Origin: a virus
Taxonomy: Duplodnaviria; Caudoviricetes
Virus record (IMG/VR): IMGVR_UViG_3300027653_000577
Span: 1 to 27,170 of that record
Reading direction: 5' to 3' (one strand)
Length of the DNA stretch: 27,170 bases
Part shown: piece by piece, positions 9,374 to 18,400 of the stretch
Numbering within the stretch: the stretch's first letter is position 1
Layout of the letters: each line of letters opens with the position of its first letter
The notes under the pieces: model-generated
Seen by the model: only the letters and a program-made list of their open reading frames with translations
Told to the model about the DNA's origin: nothing
Databases searched by the model: none
Program-made: the position numbers and the translations under genes

Positions 9374-9500
9374 TTAGGGCATCAGGTGCTGCACCAGCAC
9401 GACGGTGCCGTCCTGCACGCGCACCTCGATGCGCTCACCGGAATCATTCCGGGTGAAATCCCCGTCCTCGGGGGTGAATCGAGGTCGCTGACCAGCCCAT
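9374..9500 (-). pseudogene. Possible frameshifted 41-aa gene
   Basis: GGAAAG RBS and ATG at 9500. Removing one C from the C5 run (9470-9474) gives MGWSATSIHPEDGDFTRNDSGERIEVRVQDGTVVLVQHLMP*, ending just before the terminator. Confidence 0.35.
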
Positions 9501-9532
9501 TGCCGCTTTCCGGCTTATCTTGTCCGCCCCCC

Positions 9533-9739
9533 TTACAGCGTCCCGGTTGCCGGGGTGAGGTTCCGGGGCGCCATCTTGCGCGTGATGCTCCCGGTCGTCG
9601 TCTTGAACTCGACGGTGACGTAGACCCGCCCGGCCTTGAGTACGGTTCCGTGCCGGAGGCCGGAGGCGAAGGCATCCGAGGCCGGGTGCGAGTCGACCCA
9701 CATCCCGGGGTGGAAGTCGGCGAGCGTGCAGTCATCCAT
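9533..9739 (-). CDS. Small moron protein, 68 aa, possibly SH3-like
   Basis: AAGGAGAA RBS, own promoter, beta-rich pattern. Confidence 0.7.
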   Translation of the reverse strand: MDDCTLADFHPGMWVDSHPASDAFASGLRHGTVLKAGRVYVTVEFKTTTGSITRKMAPRNLTPATGTL

Positions 9740-9762
9740 GGGTTTCTCCTTGTCGTTGCGGT

Positions 9763-9830
9763 GGAGGGGTGCTTTCCCCCTCCTGCTTGTCTCCTACTGT
9801 ACCACACTATTGGGGGTGGGCAAACCCCGG
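9763..9830 (-). promoter_or_regulatory. Repeated promoter plus stem-loop module, copy P1
   Basis: TTTGCC...TGTGG-TACAGT (-10 at 9796-9801), then AGGAGACAAGCA and hairpin GGAGGGG/CCCCTCC. Confidence 0.75.
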
Positions 9831-9883
9831 AGCAAGGGGGTCTCCGGGGTTCGCACCCTGCACTTACCCGGCTTCGGGCAGAG

Positions 9884-10075
9884 CTACCCCGCTATCTGCC
9901 GGGCACTGCCCCCGGTCGCGATGGCCTCGCGCTGAGCCCGCTGACGAGCACGCCCACCCCGGAACACCTCCGTGGCCCCCGACGGGTAGACCACCACCCA
10001 ATCCCCTGCCTGCGCCTCCGGCCCCGGAACCGCGCGCGGCTTGGGCATCGGCGTCTTTCCGCAGTTGCAGCCCAT
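9884..10075 (-). CDS. Small MGCNCG-motif protein, 63 aa
   Basis: Translationally coupled (TGATG). Paralog at 15598-15795. Confidence 0.75.
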   Translation of the reverse strand: MGCNCGKTPMPKPRAVPGPEAQAGDWVVVYPSGATEVFRGGRARQRAQREAIATGGSARQIAG

Positions 10076-10278
10076 CAGTCATCCCCCTCCAGCACCTCAT
10101 CGAAGTCGGCCGACTCGAACTCATCAGCGACCCCCCGCAGGATGCGCGCCACGCACGCAGGCGTCTCCTCGGGGCCGTGCAGGTCGTAGGAGACCAGCTC
10201 ATGCATCTCGCCGTCATCGACCTGCGAGGGCAGCTTGATCTTGACCACCGGGCCGTCCGGGTGGGTCTGCTCGCTCAC
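10075..10278 (-). CDS. Hypothetical acidic protein, 67 aa
   Basis: GTGA overlap with the upstream gene; GAGGGGAG RBS. Confidence 0.65.
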   Translation of the reverse strand: MSEQTHPDGPVVKIKLPSQVDDGEMHELVSYDLHGPEETPACVARILRGVADEFESADFDEVLEGDD

Positions 10279-13200
10279 TTGCTCCCCTCCCCTGCCGTCT
10301 TGTTGACCATGCGGGAGGCCTCAGCCAGCTCATCGGCGTTGGCCCGGCCGAGGGTGCTGTTGACCTGCTCGGCCATGGACTTGATCTCGGGCTCCTGGCG
10401 CAGGGCGCGGGCGACGTTGGTGGCGGTGGTCTCAGCGACCTGGTTCATGCGTTCATCGAAGCGGCTCATCCACTCCTGGAAGGCCTGCATGGCCTGGACG
10501 ATGGAGGCCTCCCCGGCGCTGGCGGGGGTTCGGGTGTGCTCGGCGCGGGTCATGGTCACCACGCCGGAGGCCACCAGCGCGTACTGGTCACCGGCCACGG
10601 TGCGCACCTGCGTGCTCGGGGTGTGCATGCGTGCCCCGGAGGCCGCCAGGGCCAGTTCGCTGGCGGGCTCGGGGATGGGGAAGCCGGGCACGTTGACCAC
10701 GCACACCCCGACCAGTTCCCCGTTGCGCCAGTCCCCCGACAGGGAGTACCGGTCCAGGGTCAGTACCTGGAGCGCGGACACGCCCGGCTTGAGGGAGCCC
10801 GACATCCAGATGCCGTACCGGTCCTCGCCCACGGCCACGTCAGCGACGTTGTAGCCGGTGTGGTCGTAGTGGTCCATGGCGGTGGAGGAGGACATGTACA
10901 GGTCAGCGTGGCCGGTGCCCATGACGACGGTCCCGGCCAGGATGGAGGACCCGTCAGCGCACCGGACCCGGTGGCGCCGGTAATGGGCGTAGTTCGTGGA
11001 CGACTTGGGGGGTCGCACGCCCTGGCCGGTGAATCCGATGTGGTCGGTGTTCCAGCAGGCGATGTGCCCGTACACGCGGCCGGAGTCGGTGACACGGACC
11101 TTGGTGGGGCCGGTCAGGTTCGGGTTGGTGAACCACTCCGAGGGCGGCTCCATCGGCGCGCCGGAGGCGACCTTCTCCGCCCAGGTGGTGGTTTCGGGTG
11201 CGATGCCTGCGGCGGCGGTCAGGTTCGCCACGTGCTCCTCCTGCGGGGCGGGGGCGGGTTCGGTTGTGGTGGGGGCGGTGGTAGCACCGGCGGTCGTAGC
11301 TTCACGATCCTCCTCCTCGGGGTCGGGTGGGGTGGCTGATTCAATAAACGCCGATCCGGACCCGTTGCGGTCGGTGTGGAAGGCGGGGTCCTGCACCAGG
11401 GTCGCCCCGCCCAGGCGCCAGTTGGAGATGACGGCCAGCTCGCGCAGCTCCCCGGACTCCAGCGCCTCCATCAGCTCGAAGAACTCCATGTGGGTGGTGT
11501 CCACGGGCTGGTCATCGCGGTCGTAGATGCCGTAGGCGACGGTGGCGTCGATGAGGTCGTTGGTGTCCACCGACACGGTCCCGGCCAGGCCCTCGGAGAC
11601 CTTGCGGGCCACGTTCGCGCCGACCTCGTCGCCCAGGTCGAACCTGCCGCGTCCCCACAGGGCTCCGTCATCGATCCATACGTGGTCGATGACGCCGACA
11701 GCGACTTTGCCGTCGTGGCCGCCGTCGGCGTGCTCCTGCCAGGACAGCCACATGTGGTCGGAGGTCAGGACCTGGCCGTTCTCGGGGGCGGAGAGGATGC
11801 GGTAGTCGCCTCGGACCCCGAGCGGGGCGAGGATGCCTTGCCAGTGCGCGGACACGGCCGGGGGCGTGCCTTCTTCGTTCTGGTCGGCCGGGGGCGTGCC
11901 TTCTTCGTTCTGGTCGGCGGGGGGCGTGGAGTCGTTGGTCGTGGTGGGCATTGCGCTCCCTTGCACTTGATCTGCTTCTGAGGGGGGAAGGTCGTCCAGT
12001 TCGGCTTGGGTTCCGGTGAGGGTGCTGCACCGGCAGTTGGATACCGCCATGCCGTGGGCGATGTACCAACCGGTGGCCGACTCCAGGGTGTACACCGGGC
12101 CGTTGTAATGGCCGCTGGTGACCGCCACGACGGGTTTGAAGGTGCCCGGGTTCTCGGCGTGCACGTGCTCAGGCTGGGGCCGGACTCGGTCGGCGTCAGG
12201 CTTGAAGGCCTCGGCGGTGTAGATCCCGCGCGCAGGCAGAGCAATCTGCACATCGTGATCGGGGCGTTCACCGTGCAGGTTGGCGTGGGCGCGGCTGACG
12301 GTGCGGACCTGCCCGGCGGTGGCGTGGTCGTTGAAGACCTCGCTGAGTTCCCGGCCGTGGTCGGGGTAGGTCAGGATGTTGTCTGCGGGCTCGATGTCGG
12401 CGGCGGCCACCCATCCCCGTCCCGTGGCTATGGGGTGGTTGGGGGTGGCTTGCAGGGTGGCGCCGTCGGCCAGGGTGAGGGTGTACAGAGGCCCCGCGTA
12501 GGGTCGTGAGAGTACCGCGACGGGTTCTGAGTCCCGGGGCAGGTGCACGCGGGTGTGCCCGGGGAAGCAGTTGATGATCTCGGCGGCGTCGCCGCTGGGG
12601 TCCCCGGGGTATTGGAGGCTGGCCCCGCCCACGGTGAAGGGCTCATCCAGCGGTACGCGCTGACCGGAGGCGGCGGCGTGGGTGGGGCGGGTGCGCTCAT
12701 CGGAGGTGGCGATCCACTGGTGGAGGAGTTCTTCACCGGAGGCTTCCTGCCAGGCTTGCTGGGAGGACCAGGCGCCCCCCTCGGTGGCGGCGTGGGCCTC
12801 GGTGCGGGCGATGCGCTCCGCCAGGTAGGAGTGTTTATCGACCTGGAGCTGTTCGGAGATGCGGGCCTGCATCGTTTGGATGCTGTCCCCGGCGTCCAGG
12901 GCCTCAGCCAGATCACCCCGGATGCGTTCGAAGGTGCCGTCGGACCACAGGCCGAGCGAGAGCCGGTCGTAGACCTCGTCCATGAAGGTTTGCCGGTAGC
13001 GGTGCATCTGGAGGGCGTCGGCGCGGGCGGCTGCGTCGAAGGCCTCGTCGAAGGCGACGCCGATGGCGGGGTTGATGTGTTCCTGGACGAGTTCTTCCCA
13101 GACGTGGGAGTCGGGCCAGGCTTCCAGGTCGGGGGGCAGGTCTGCTGGGGAGGCGTCGGCGGTCTGTGCCTGGTCGGGGTCGCGGCCGTAGATGATGGCG

Positions 13201-13301
13201 TCGCGGGCCAGTTCCAGGTAGCGGGTCAGGGCGGTGCGGGCGGCCTGCTCGATGCGGTTCTCGGCGCGGGTGAGGAGGTTCTGCGGGCTGTAGGCGGCCA
13301 T
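10275..13301 (-). CDS. MuF-like head morphogenesis protein with intein, fused to a probable capsid maturation/scaffold domain (~1008 aa)
   Basis: True start is ATG 13301, overlapping the portal TGA. MuF motifs 'AERIARTE', 'WIATSDERTRPTH', 'YPGDP...EIINC/RC'. C-terminal 'GRVYGHIACW...DVAVGEDRYGIW...LSGDWR...VNVPGFP'. Confidence 0.8.
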   Translation of the reverse strand: MAAYSPQNLLTRAENRIEQAARTALTRYLELARDAIIYGRDPDQAQTADASPADLPPDLEAWPDSHVWEELVQEHINPAIGVAFDEAFDAAARADALQMHRYRQTFMDEVYDRLSLGLWSDGTFERIRGDLAEALDAGDSIQTMQARISEQLQVDKHSYLAERIARTEAHAATEGGAWSSQQAWQEASGEELLHQWIATSDERTRPTHAAASGQRVPLDEPFTVGGASLQYPGDPSGDAAEIINCFPGHTRVHLPRDSEPVAVLSRPYAGPLYTLTLADGATLQATPNHPIATGRGWVAAADIEPADNILTYPDHGRELSEVFNDHATAGQVRTVSRAHANLHGERPDHDVQIALPARGIYTAEAFKPDADRVRPQPEHVHAENPGTFKPVVAVTSGHYNGPVYTLESATGWYIAHGMAVSNCRCSTLTGTQAELDDLPPSEADQVQGSAMPTTTNDSTPPADQNEEGTPPADQNEEGTPPAVSAHWQGILAPLGVRGDYRILSAPENGQVLTSDHMWLSWQEHADGGHDGKVAVGVIDHVWIDDGALWGRGRFDLGDEVGANVARKVSEGLAGTVSVDTNDLIDATVAYGIYDRDDQPVDTTHMEFFELMEALESGELRELAVISNWRLGGATLVQDPAFHTDRNGSGSAFIESATPPDPEEEDREATTAGATTAPTTTEPAPAPQEEHVANLTAAAGIAPETTTWAEKVASGAPMEPPSEWFTNPNLTGPTKVRVTDSGRVYGHIACWNTDHIGFTGQGVRPPKSSTNYAHYRRHRVRCADGSSILAGTVVMGTGHADLYMSSSTAMDHYDHTGYNVADVAVGEDRYGIWMSGSLKPGVSALQVLTLDRYSLSGDWRNGELVGVCVVNVPGFPIPEPASELALAASGARMHTPSTQVRTVAGDQYALVASGVVTMTRAEHTRTPASAGEASIVQAMQAFQEWMSRFDERMNQVAETTATNVARALRQEPEIKSMAEQVNSTLGRANADELAEASRMVNKTAGEGSK
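11855..11928. repeat. 30-bp tandem repeat (~2.5 copies), encodes TPPADQNEEG
   Basis: CGGCCGGGGGCGTGCCTTCTTCGTTCTGGT twice, plus a partial third copy. Confidence 0.9.
12036..12569 (-). mobile_element. Mini-intein (178 aa) without homing endonuclease
   Basis: Block A 'CFPGHTRV', block B 'ATPNHP', block F 'YNGPVYTLE', end 'AVSN' then +1 Cys. Removal restores 'EIINCRC'. Confidence 0.85.
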
Positions 13302-15181
13302 CAGGCGGCCTCCTGTCCGCTGTGGTGGGTCTGGTCGGGGGCGCAGCCCCGGTCGAGCAGGATCGTGGCCAGGTATTCGCGGCGGTGTGGTTGGCCGGTG
13401 GTGAGTAGGTGGCGGCAGTAGGCGTCGATGGACTCCAGTACGCACGGGGCGTCGGCGAAGTTGACTTGGGCGGTGTCGTAGGCGCCGTCCAGGAGCCGGT
13501 CGAGCTGGTCGGTGTCGGGGCGGGTGGCGACGGTGTGCACGTCCCAGGGGTGGACGTGGGCGGCGGGGGCGCGCCATCCGCGTTGGGAGCGCGACAGCAT
13601 GCGTTTACCGGACAGTTCCAGGGCGCGCAGGGCGACTTGTTCAACGGCGCGCAGCCACCATGTGGATTCCACCGGCTGGTCGGGTGGGGTGGCGGCGGAC
13701 AGCTCGGTGGGGGGTTCGGGCAGGGTGTTGGGTCCGGTGTTGGTCTCGCCCCCGGGCGGGGACGTGTTGGAGTTGCTGGGGGTTTGGCCGTTGATGATCG
13801 GCATGAGTGAGGACAGCAGGTCGGGGTTGGACAGTGCCAGCCGGGTGGCCATCCACTGCTCCAGTTCCTCTTGTCCGGGGGCGTCCTCAGGGCTGAATCC
13901 GTTCTCTCGTAGGACTGCTTCGCGGGACAGCACGCCCTTGTCGTAGAGGGACTGGGCTTCAGCGGAGCGGTTCGGGCGCTGTACCAGTTCAGCGGAGGAG
14001 TACCACACCACCCACCGGGTGGGGTCGGGGTCTCCGAGCGCTTCCAGGGTGGGCCACAGGTATTCCTGTGTGAGGGCGTCGCAGATGACGGCGACCAGGG
14101 GCTCCACGTGCAGCTTGATGGAGGACTCCTCCAACGCCCACGCGGACCAGTGGTTGGCGCTTCCCATGCCGGTGATGACTTCGCCGGGCAGGTCCGCTCC
14201 CCCGGCGAATCGGCTGATGGCGTCCTTGCGCAGGTCAGAGACGGAGGTGGACATTTCCGTGGCGAAGGTCAGGTGCTGGATCTTGCCGACGGCCTCGTCG
14301 GGGACCTTGACGACGATGGGGACGACGGCTGAGGCGTCGTCGCGGTCGCTGATGGGGGTGAGCATGGCCTCCATGAGGGAGGCGGTGAAGGGGTCTTCGT
14401 GCAGGGCGCGGTCGTTGCCGGGGTCGGATTGGGAGGGGGTGGGGGTGGTGGCTGAGTGCGGCACGGCCAGCACTCCGGCTCCGGCCAGGCGGGAGTCGAC
14501 GGAGGCGCTGATGTGGTCGGAGAGGCCTTTGATTTCGCGGAGGGCGGGGATGGTGGCGCGCACCGGTGAGTCGGGTTCCCATCCTCGGCGGGCGTGGGGG
14601 ATCCACACGCGGATGATGGTGGAGTTGGAGGCGTTGATGTTCACGGTCTGGCCGGTGTCGGGCAGGGTGAGGCGGGTGTCGCCCCGGTTGGAGACCTTGA
14701 TTTCGTCGTTGGAGACCACGTACCAGCGGCGGTGGGTGATGCCCTGGTCGGGTTGGGGGTCCAGGCCTACGAGGTAGCTTTCGCCGGGCACGGACAGGTG
14801 GATGGCCATGCGGCGCAGCATTTCGGCTTGGCCGACTTGGCCGTAGTGCAGGTCGGCCAGGACTTGGCGGGCGGGGGCCGCTTCGGGGAACTCGTCGGGT
14901 TCGGCGGGTGCGGGTTCTGAGGTGCCGTCGGGGGCTTGGCCGATGAACAGGGTGCAGCGGCTGATGGCGTTGGCTAGCCATCGGCAGGCGTAGCGCAGTT
15001 CTCCGACGGTGTCGAAGTAGTTCCAGATTTCGTCTTGCCAGTCGGTGGCGGTGGTGGTGCGGCGGATCTGGGTGCGGCCCACCAGGGTGGCGGAGGCCAG
15101 GGTGACTTGGCGGCTGCGTTCGGCGCCGGTGGTGGTGTCGGTGGTGGTGCCGTGTCGGGTGTGGCGTCGGAACAGGGCCAT
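13301..15181 (-). CDS. Portal protein (~626 aa)
   Basis: ATG 15181 with AGAAAGGGA RBS. Motifs 'WQDEIWNYFDTVGELRY', 'DSPVRA', 'SRLAGAG', 'SAVVPI', 'NHWSAW', typical of actinophage portals. Upstream of MuF. Confidence 0.85.
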   Translation of the reverse strand: MALFRRHTRHGTTTDTTTGAERSRQVTLASATLVGRTQIRRTTTATDWQDEIWNYFDTVGELRYACRWLANAISRCTLFIGQAPDGTSEPAPAEPDEFPEAAPARQVLADLHYGQVGQAEMLRRMAIHLSVPGESYLVGLDPQPDQGITHRRWYVVSNDEIKVSNRGDTRLTLPDTGQTVNINASNSTIIRVWIPHARRGWEPDSPVRATIPALREIKGLSDHISASVDSRLAGAGVLAVPHSATTPTPSQSDPGNDRALHEDPFTASLMEAMLTPISDRDDASAVVPIVVKVPDEAVGKIQHLTFATEMSTSVSDLRKDAISRFAGGADLPGEVITGMGSANHWSAWALEESSIKLHVEPLVAVICDALTQEYLWPTLEALGDPDPTRWVVWYSSAELVQRPNRSAEAQSLYDKGVLSREAVLRENGFSPEDAPGQEELEQWMATRLALSNPDLLSSLMPIINGQTPSNSNTSPPGGETNTGPNTLPEPPTELSAATPPDQPVESTWWLRAVEQVALRALELSGKRMLSRSQRGWRAPAAHVHPWDVHTVATRPDTDQLDRLLDGAYDTAQVNFADAPCVLESIDAYCRHLLTTGQPHRREYLATILLDRGCAPDQTHHSGQEAA

Positions 15182-15186
15182 GGGTG

Positions 15187-15540
15187 CTAGTCCCTTTCTT
15201 GGTCGGCGAGCCATCCGGTGGCGTAGGAGACAGCCAGAGCCAGAGCGGGGAGCTGGTAGGCGGGGTGGTGTCCGTAGAGGACGGCGAGGGTGATGGTGGC
15301 GGAGCTGATCCAGAATCCGAGGCACCAGTGGCAGGTGAACAGGGTCAGCAGGGTGTTGCGCAGGGGTGTGGGTGGGGGGATGTCTTGGCCTTGTTGGGCT
15401 TGGGTGCGTAGGTGTTTGGGTTGGGCGATGCGGTGCAGGAGGGCGGCCCTGGGGCGGTCCAGGAGGGTGTCTGTGGTGGCCAGGCGCGTGAGGCGCGCAG
15501 CGGCGCCGGTGGCGGTGATGAGGGTGACAAAATCCAACAC
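15187..15540 (-). CDS. DUF1360-like membrane protein (~117 aa)
   Basis: 'ARLTRLATTD' and 'LFTCHWCLGFW' with hydrophobic helices. GTG start 6 nt after a TACTGT -10, so possibly leaderless. Confidence 0.75.
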   Translation of the reverse strand: MLDFVTLITATGAAARLTRLATTDTLLDRPRAALLHRIAQPKHLRTQAQQGQDIPPPTPLRNTLLTLFTCHWCLGFWISSATITLAVLYGHHPAYQLPALALAVSYATGWLADQERD

Positions 15541-15597
15541 ACACCTACAGTATCGGCGTATAAACAATTCGTGGTGATGGCTGGTAGGAGGACCCAT

Positions 15598-15795
15598 ATG
15601 GGATGCAACTGCGGAGGTGGGGGGTTGTCAGCCGCGCGCCTGCACCCCAACCCGCCCCAGAACACGGGTGAACGGTGGGAGGTGACCTACCCCAACGGCA
15701 CCGTCGAGACGTTCCGAGCCCAATGGCAGGCCCAGCACGCAACATCGGTCAAGGGCGGTTCCTACCGCCGTATCACCACCGGCCCCAAACGCTGA
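15598..15795 (+). CDS. Small MGCNCG-motif protein, 65 aa, divergent orientation
   Basis: AGGAGG RBS and ATG 15598. Paralog of 9884-10075. Confidence 0.75.
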   Translation: MGCNCGGGGLSAARLHPNPPQNTGERWEVTYPNGTVETFRAQWQAQHATSVKGGSYRRITTGPKR

Positions 15796-15815
15796 CCACC
15801 CCGGGGTGTGCCCAC

Positions 15816-15860
15816 AAAAAAAAGGGGGGTGCCCCGCGCATGTCGCGGAACACCCCCCTT
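15816..15860 (-). terminator. Terminator between convergent genes
   Basis: AAGGGGGGTG...CACCCCCCTT stem with a T8 tract on the minus strand. Confidence 0.8.
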
Positions 15861-15873
15861 GGGGCGGGTCACT

Positions 15874-16056
15874 TCACTTTGCCGACGAAAGGCGCTCTTC
15901 CGCCTCGACCACGGCGTCGTTGAGTGCCAGGTAGGTGTCGGTCTCCCAGGTGATCCCTGCTTCCTTCTCACGCAGGGTGTTGGCGTCCAGGGCCTCCTGG
16001 GCTTGCTTCAGTTGTTTGATTGCGGCTTTCTTCTCTTCACTCTTTCTACGGAGCAT
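15874..16056 (-). CDS. Hypothetical helical protein, 60 aa
   Basis: AGAAAGGGG RBS; ends before the terminator. Confidence 0.65.
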   Translation of the reverse strand: MLRRKSEEKKAAIKQLKQAQEALDANTLREKEAGITWETDTYLALNDAVVEAEERLSSAK

Positions 16057-16069
16057 GGTTCCCCTTTCT

Positions 16070-16510
16070 TTGACTTCCTCCCGGGCCTAAAGGCCCGGGA
16101 TTCCCGCCTGCTCCCACGCAAGCGTGGGCTGCTTCGGGTGGGTTCCTGCTTCGCTGACCTGAGCCGACCCGGGGGCCGGTCTTACCTGGTCTCCACAGGC
16201 GTTTAGCCTCTCCGCCCGTCCGGCGGCGAGAACATTCAAAGCGGCGTTATGGTCCCGGTCGTGGGTGATACCGCATGAACAGGTCCACGTGCGGATGTTC
16301 AGCGGCATCTTGTCCTGAAGCGCACCGCAGGCGGAGCACAGCTTCGAGGACGGGAACCAACGGTCGACCTTGCCGAAGGTGCGCCCGTACCTGGTGGCTT
16401 TGTACTCCAGCATGTTCACGAACGCCGACCACCCGGCATCGTGCACCGACTTGGCCAGGCGGGTGCGCCCGAGCCCGTTCACTGCCAGGTTCTCCACGTA
16501 CAGGGTTTGG
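16070..16510 (-). mobile_element. tnpB: IS605-family relic 1: 5'-truncated tnpB plus right end
   Basis: 'YVENL...DAGW...FPSSKLCSACG...WTCSCG...DRDHNAA'. Right end GAAT-CCCGGGCCTTTAGGCCCGGG-AGGAAG-TCAA. N-terminus and left end absent. Confidence 0.9.
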
Positions 16511-16828
16511 TCACTGGTTCACCTGCCGTTCGTAGTGGCGTCGCAGGGACCGCAAAGCCCTGCGTTTGGTCCACCCAGACCCACAGTCCTTGAGCCCGTC
16601 GGGCCAATCGCGGGGTTCGGCGAGGTATCCGTTGAAACTGTTGCGGACACTTCGCCAGCTCCCGGCTCGGGCGTGACCTATGGCGTATCGGGCACTGGAC
16701 CGGAGTTTCCTGTAGCCCTCACGGAAGTGACCGAGGCGGATGGCGCGGTGGGCGAAGAGCAGGTCATCGAGGACGCCAACGGGGTAGACGTCAACCTCAC
16801 CTCCGGGCGGGTGGGTACTGTGCTTCAC
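16511..16828 (-). CDS. Hypothetical protein, 105 aa
   Basis: GTGA overlap with the exonuclease gene; purine-rich RBS. Confidence 0.6.
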   Translation of the reverse strand: MKHSTHPPGGEVDVYPVGVLDDLLFAHRAIRLGHFREGYRKLRSSARYAIGHARAGSWRSVRNSFNGYLAEPRDWPDGLKDCGSGWTKRRALRSLRRHYERQVNQ

Positions 16829-17730
16829 TTTCCCCCCTGGTCGTGGCGGGTGAGTTCCTTAGAGGTCTTGGCGCGACGCTTGAGGGTGCGGGTGTAGTCC
16901 TCGTGACGCGCTTTGGCGATCATGGCTCGGTTTGCTGAGCGCAGGATGATTCCTTCGGTGGCGCCCCTTTCCTGCTGGGTGTGTTGGGTAATGGTTTTTT
17001 CCTTGGCCGGGAGGATGGGCCAGCTGCTGTCCACCTCAGCCCCTGGGTCGGTGTGGCGCAGGTACTCCTGGAAACTTGCGCACTGCTGGGCGCGCCACTG
17101 GGTTTGGTGTTCGTGTAGTTCGTCGGGGGTGAGTCTGTGTAGGGATGGGTGGTTCAGGGTTGCGGCTGCTACGTACAGGCTCATGCGGCAGTCGTACAGG
17201 GCGCCGTGGGCGGACTCTTCGTCCCACACGATGGTGGGCCACTTGGGGGTGACGAGCTGTTCCACGCAGGTGCGGAGCTGGTGGGCTCCTTGGGTCTTGG
17301 ACACTCGGCGCCGGTAGGGGTCCAGGTGTTTGGACAGCACCAGGGTGTCGACCACGGGGCGGATGGGGGCTCCGACGAGGGTTTCCAGGGGGGCTCCGAG
17401 GTGTCGGCGACATTCCCTGTCCAGAACGGTCAGGTCGTAGCTGATGTTGTGTCCGACCAGGGGTTGGTTTGCGGTGGTGATCTGGGTGATTTGGTTGACG
17501 ATGTGGGTGGTGGCGGCGGTGGGGTCGGTGCCGTGTTCCTGAACTTTTTTGGTGGTCAGGCCGTGGATTTGTGCGGCTTCTTCGGGCACGTCCACGCCGG
17601 GGTTGACGATCTGTTCGGTGGTTTGGGTGGGCTGGTTGCCGCCGGCGTGTGCGAACCCGTATTGGACGATGCGGGCCTGTTGGGGGTCGCTGCCGGTGGT
17701 TTCGGTATCGAACCCGCTCATGCGGATCAT
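16825..17730 (-). CDS. DnaQ-like DEDDh 3'-5' exonuclease
   Basis: Exo motifs 'FDTETTG', 'VGHNISYD', 'HGALYD'. Confidence 0.9.
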   Translation of the reverse strand: MIRMSGFDTETTGSDPQQARIVQYGFAHAGGNQPTQTTEQIVNPGVDVPEEAAQIHGLTTKKVQEHGTDPTAATTHIVNQITQITTANQPLVGHNISYDLTVLDRECRRHLGAPLETLVGAPIRPVVDTLVLSKHLDPYRRRVSKTQGAHQLRTCVEQLVTPKWPTIVWDEESAHGALYDCRMSLYVAAATLNHPSLHRLTPDELHEHQTQWRAQQCASFQEYLRHTDPGAEVDSSWPILPAKEKTITQHTQQERGATEGIILRSANRAMIAKARHEDYTRTLKRRAKTSKELTRHDQGGK

Positions 17731-17963
17731 GACGACTCCTCGGGGGCGATCTTGCGTGAGCGGACGCGGTGCGCGGCACTGTACTGGGCGTACATGTCCA
17801 ACTCCTGCGCAGCGGCTTCGAGCGCCCGGTTCGCTCCGGTGCGGTAGGCGTCATGGATACCGCGGCGGATGAGGTCGGCGAGGACGGTGTCGCCGCCGGT
17901 GCGGCTCAGGATCAGGTCGTGAGCGATCTGCGCGGATTCGGCGATGGTTTCGGGGCGGGCCAT
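17727..17963 (-). CDS. Hypothetical protein, 78 aa
   Basis: AAAGGAGA RBS; ATGA coupling to the next gene. Confidence 0.65.
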   Translation of the reverse strand: MARPETIAESAQIAHDLILSRTGGDTVLADLIRRGIHDAYRTGANRALEAAAQELDMYAQYSAAHRVRSRKIAPEESS

Positions 17964-18284
17964 TCAATCTCCTTTGGGGTTGAGCAGAGCGGTCGCGTGT
18001 GCGGCCCATGCGGCGCCCATGTGGCCAAGCGTGGGCCCGGGTAGTGACAGTCCACAGTCACACGACGCGGTGCGAGTGGCGTGGTCCAGGCGCGGGGCGT
18101 GGTGGGTGAACAGGTGGGCATGGTCGGGGCACAACAGGATCCCCGGGGAGGAGGTGCGGACCCAGTGCCGCTCTCGGGTGTACTCATGGACCGGCGGACC
18201 ATCCACAGCGTCATAGGTGGCGTCACACCCGGGGATGGAGCAGGCCCGCAGCACGGTCCCGTCAGGGGCGGTCGTGTACGTCAC
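17964..18284 (-). CDS. Cys/His-rich hypothetical protein, 106 aa
   Basis: CxxxxC, CxxH and CxCG motifs; coupled start with GGAGGGG RBS. Confidence 0.65.
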   Translation of the reverse strand: MTYTTAPDGTVLRACSIPGCDATYDAVDGPPVHEYTRERHWVRTSSPGILLCPDHAHLFTHHAPRLDHATRTASCDCGLSLPGPTLGHMGAAWAAHATALLNPKGD

Positions 18285-18400
18285 GCCCCCTCCCCGAGGA
18301 TCGCCTGAGCGCTGGTGGTGCTGCTGTTCGCGGACACCACGACGGTGTCACCGACGTGGATGGGGTGGTCGAAAGCGTCCGTGGGGGTGGTGTCAGGCAT
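18281..18400 (-). CDS. 39-aa ORF, possibly a deletion remnant
   Basis: AGGAGG RBS; MPDTTPTDAFDHPIHVGDTVV...; coupled on both sides. Confidence 0.45.
   Translation of the reverse strand: MPDTTPTDAFDHPIHVGDTVVVSANSSTTSAQAILGEGA

Noticed and set aside
9456-9481. CGGGGGTGAATCG resembles the IS605 left end
   Set aside because: Only 13 nt, the hairpin is incomplete, and it is equally explained as coding sequence.
13302-15544. Track starts at 13577 and 15544 (also 26564 and 23619)
   Set aside because: They overlap neighbouring genes or promoters; internal ATGs with RBS or stop-start coupling fit better.
16054-16069. Relic 1 guide matches the DUF2786 leader at 14 of 16 nt (AGAAAGGAAAACCATG)
   Set aside because: Explained by shared RBS/start context; that site is preceded by CCCC, not CTAC.
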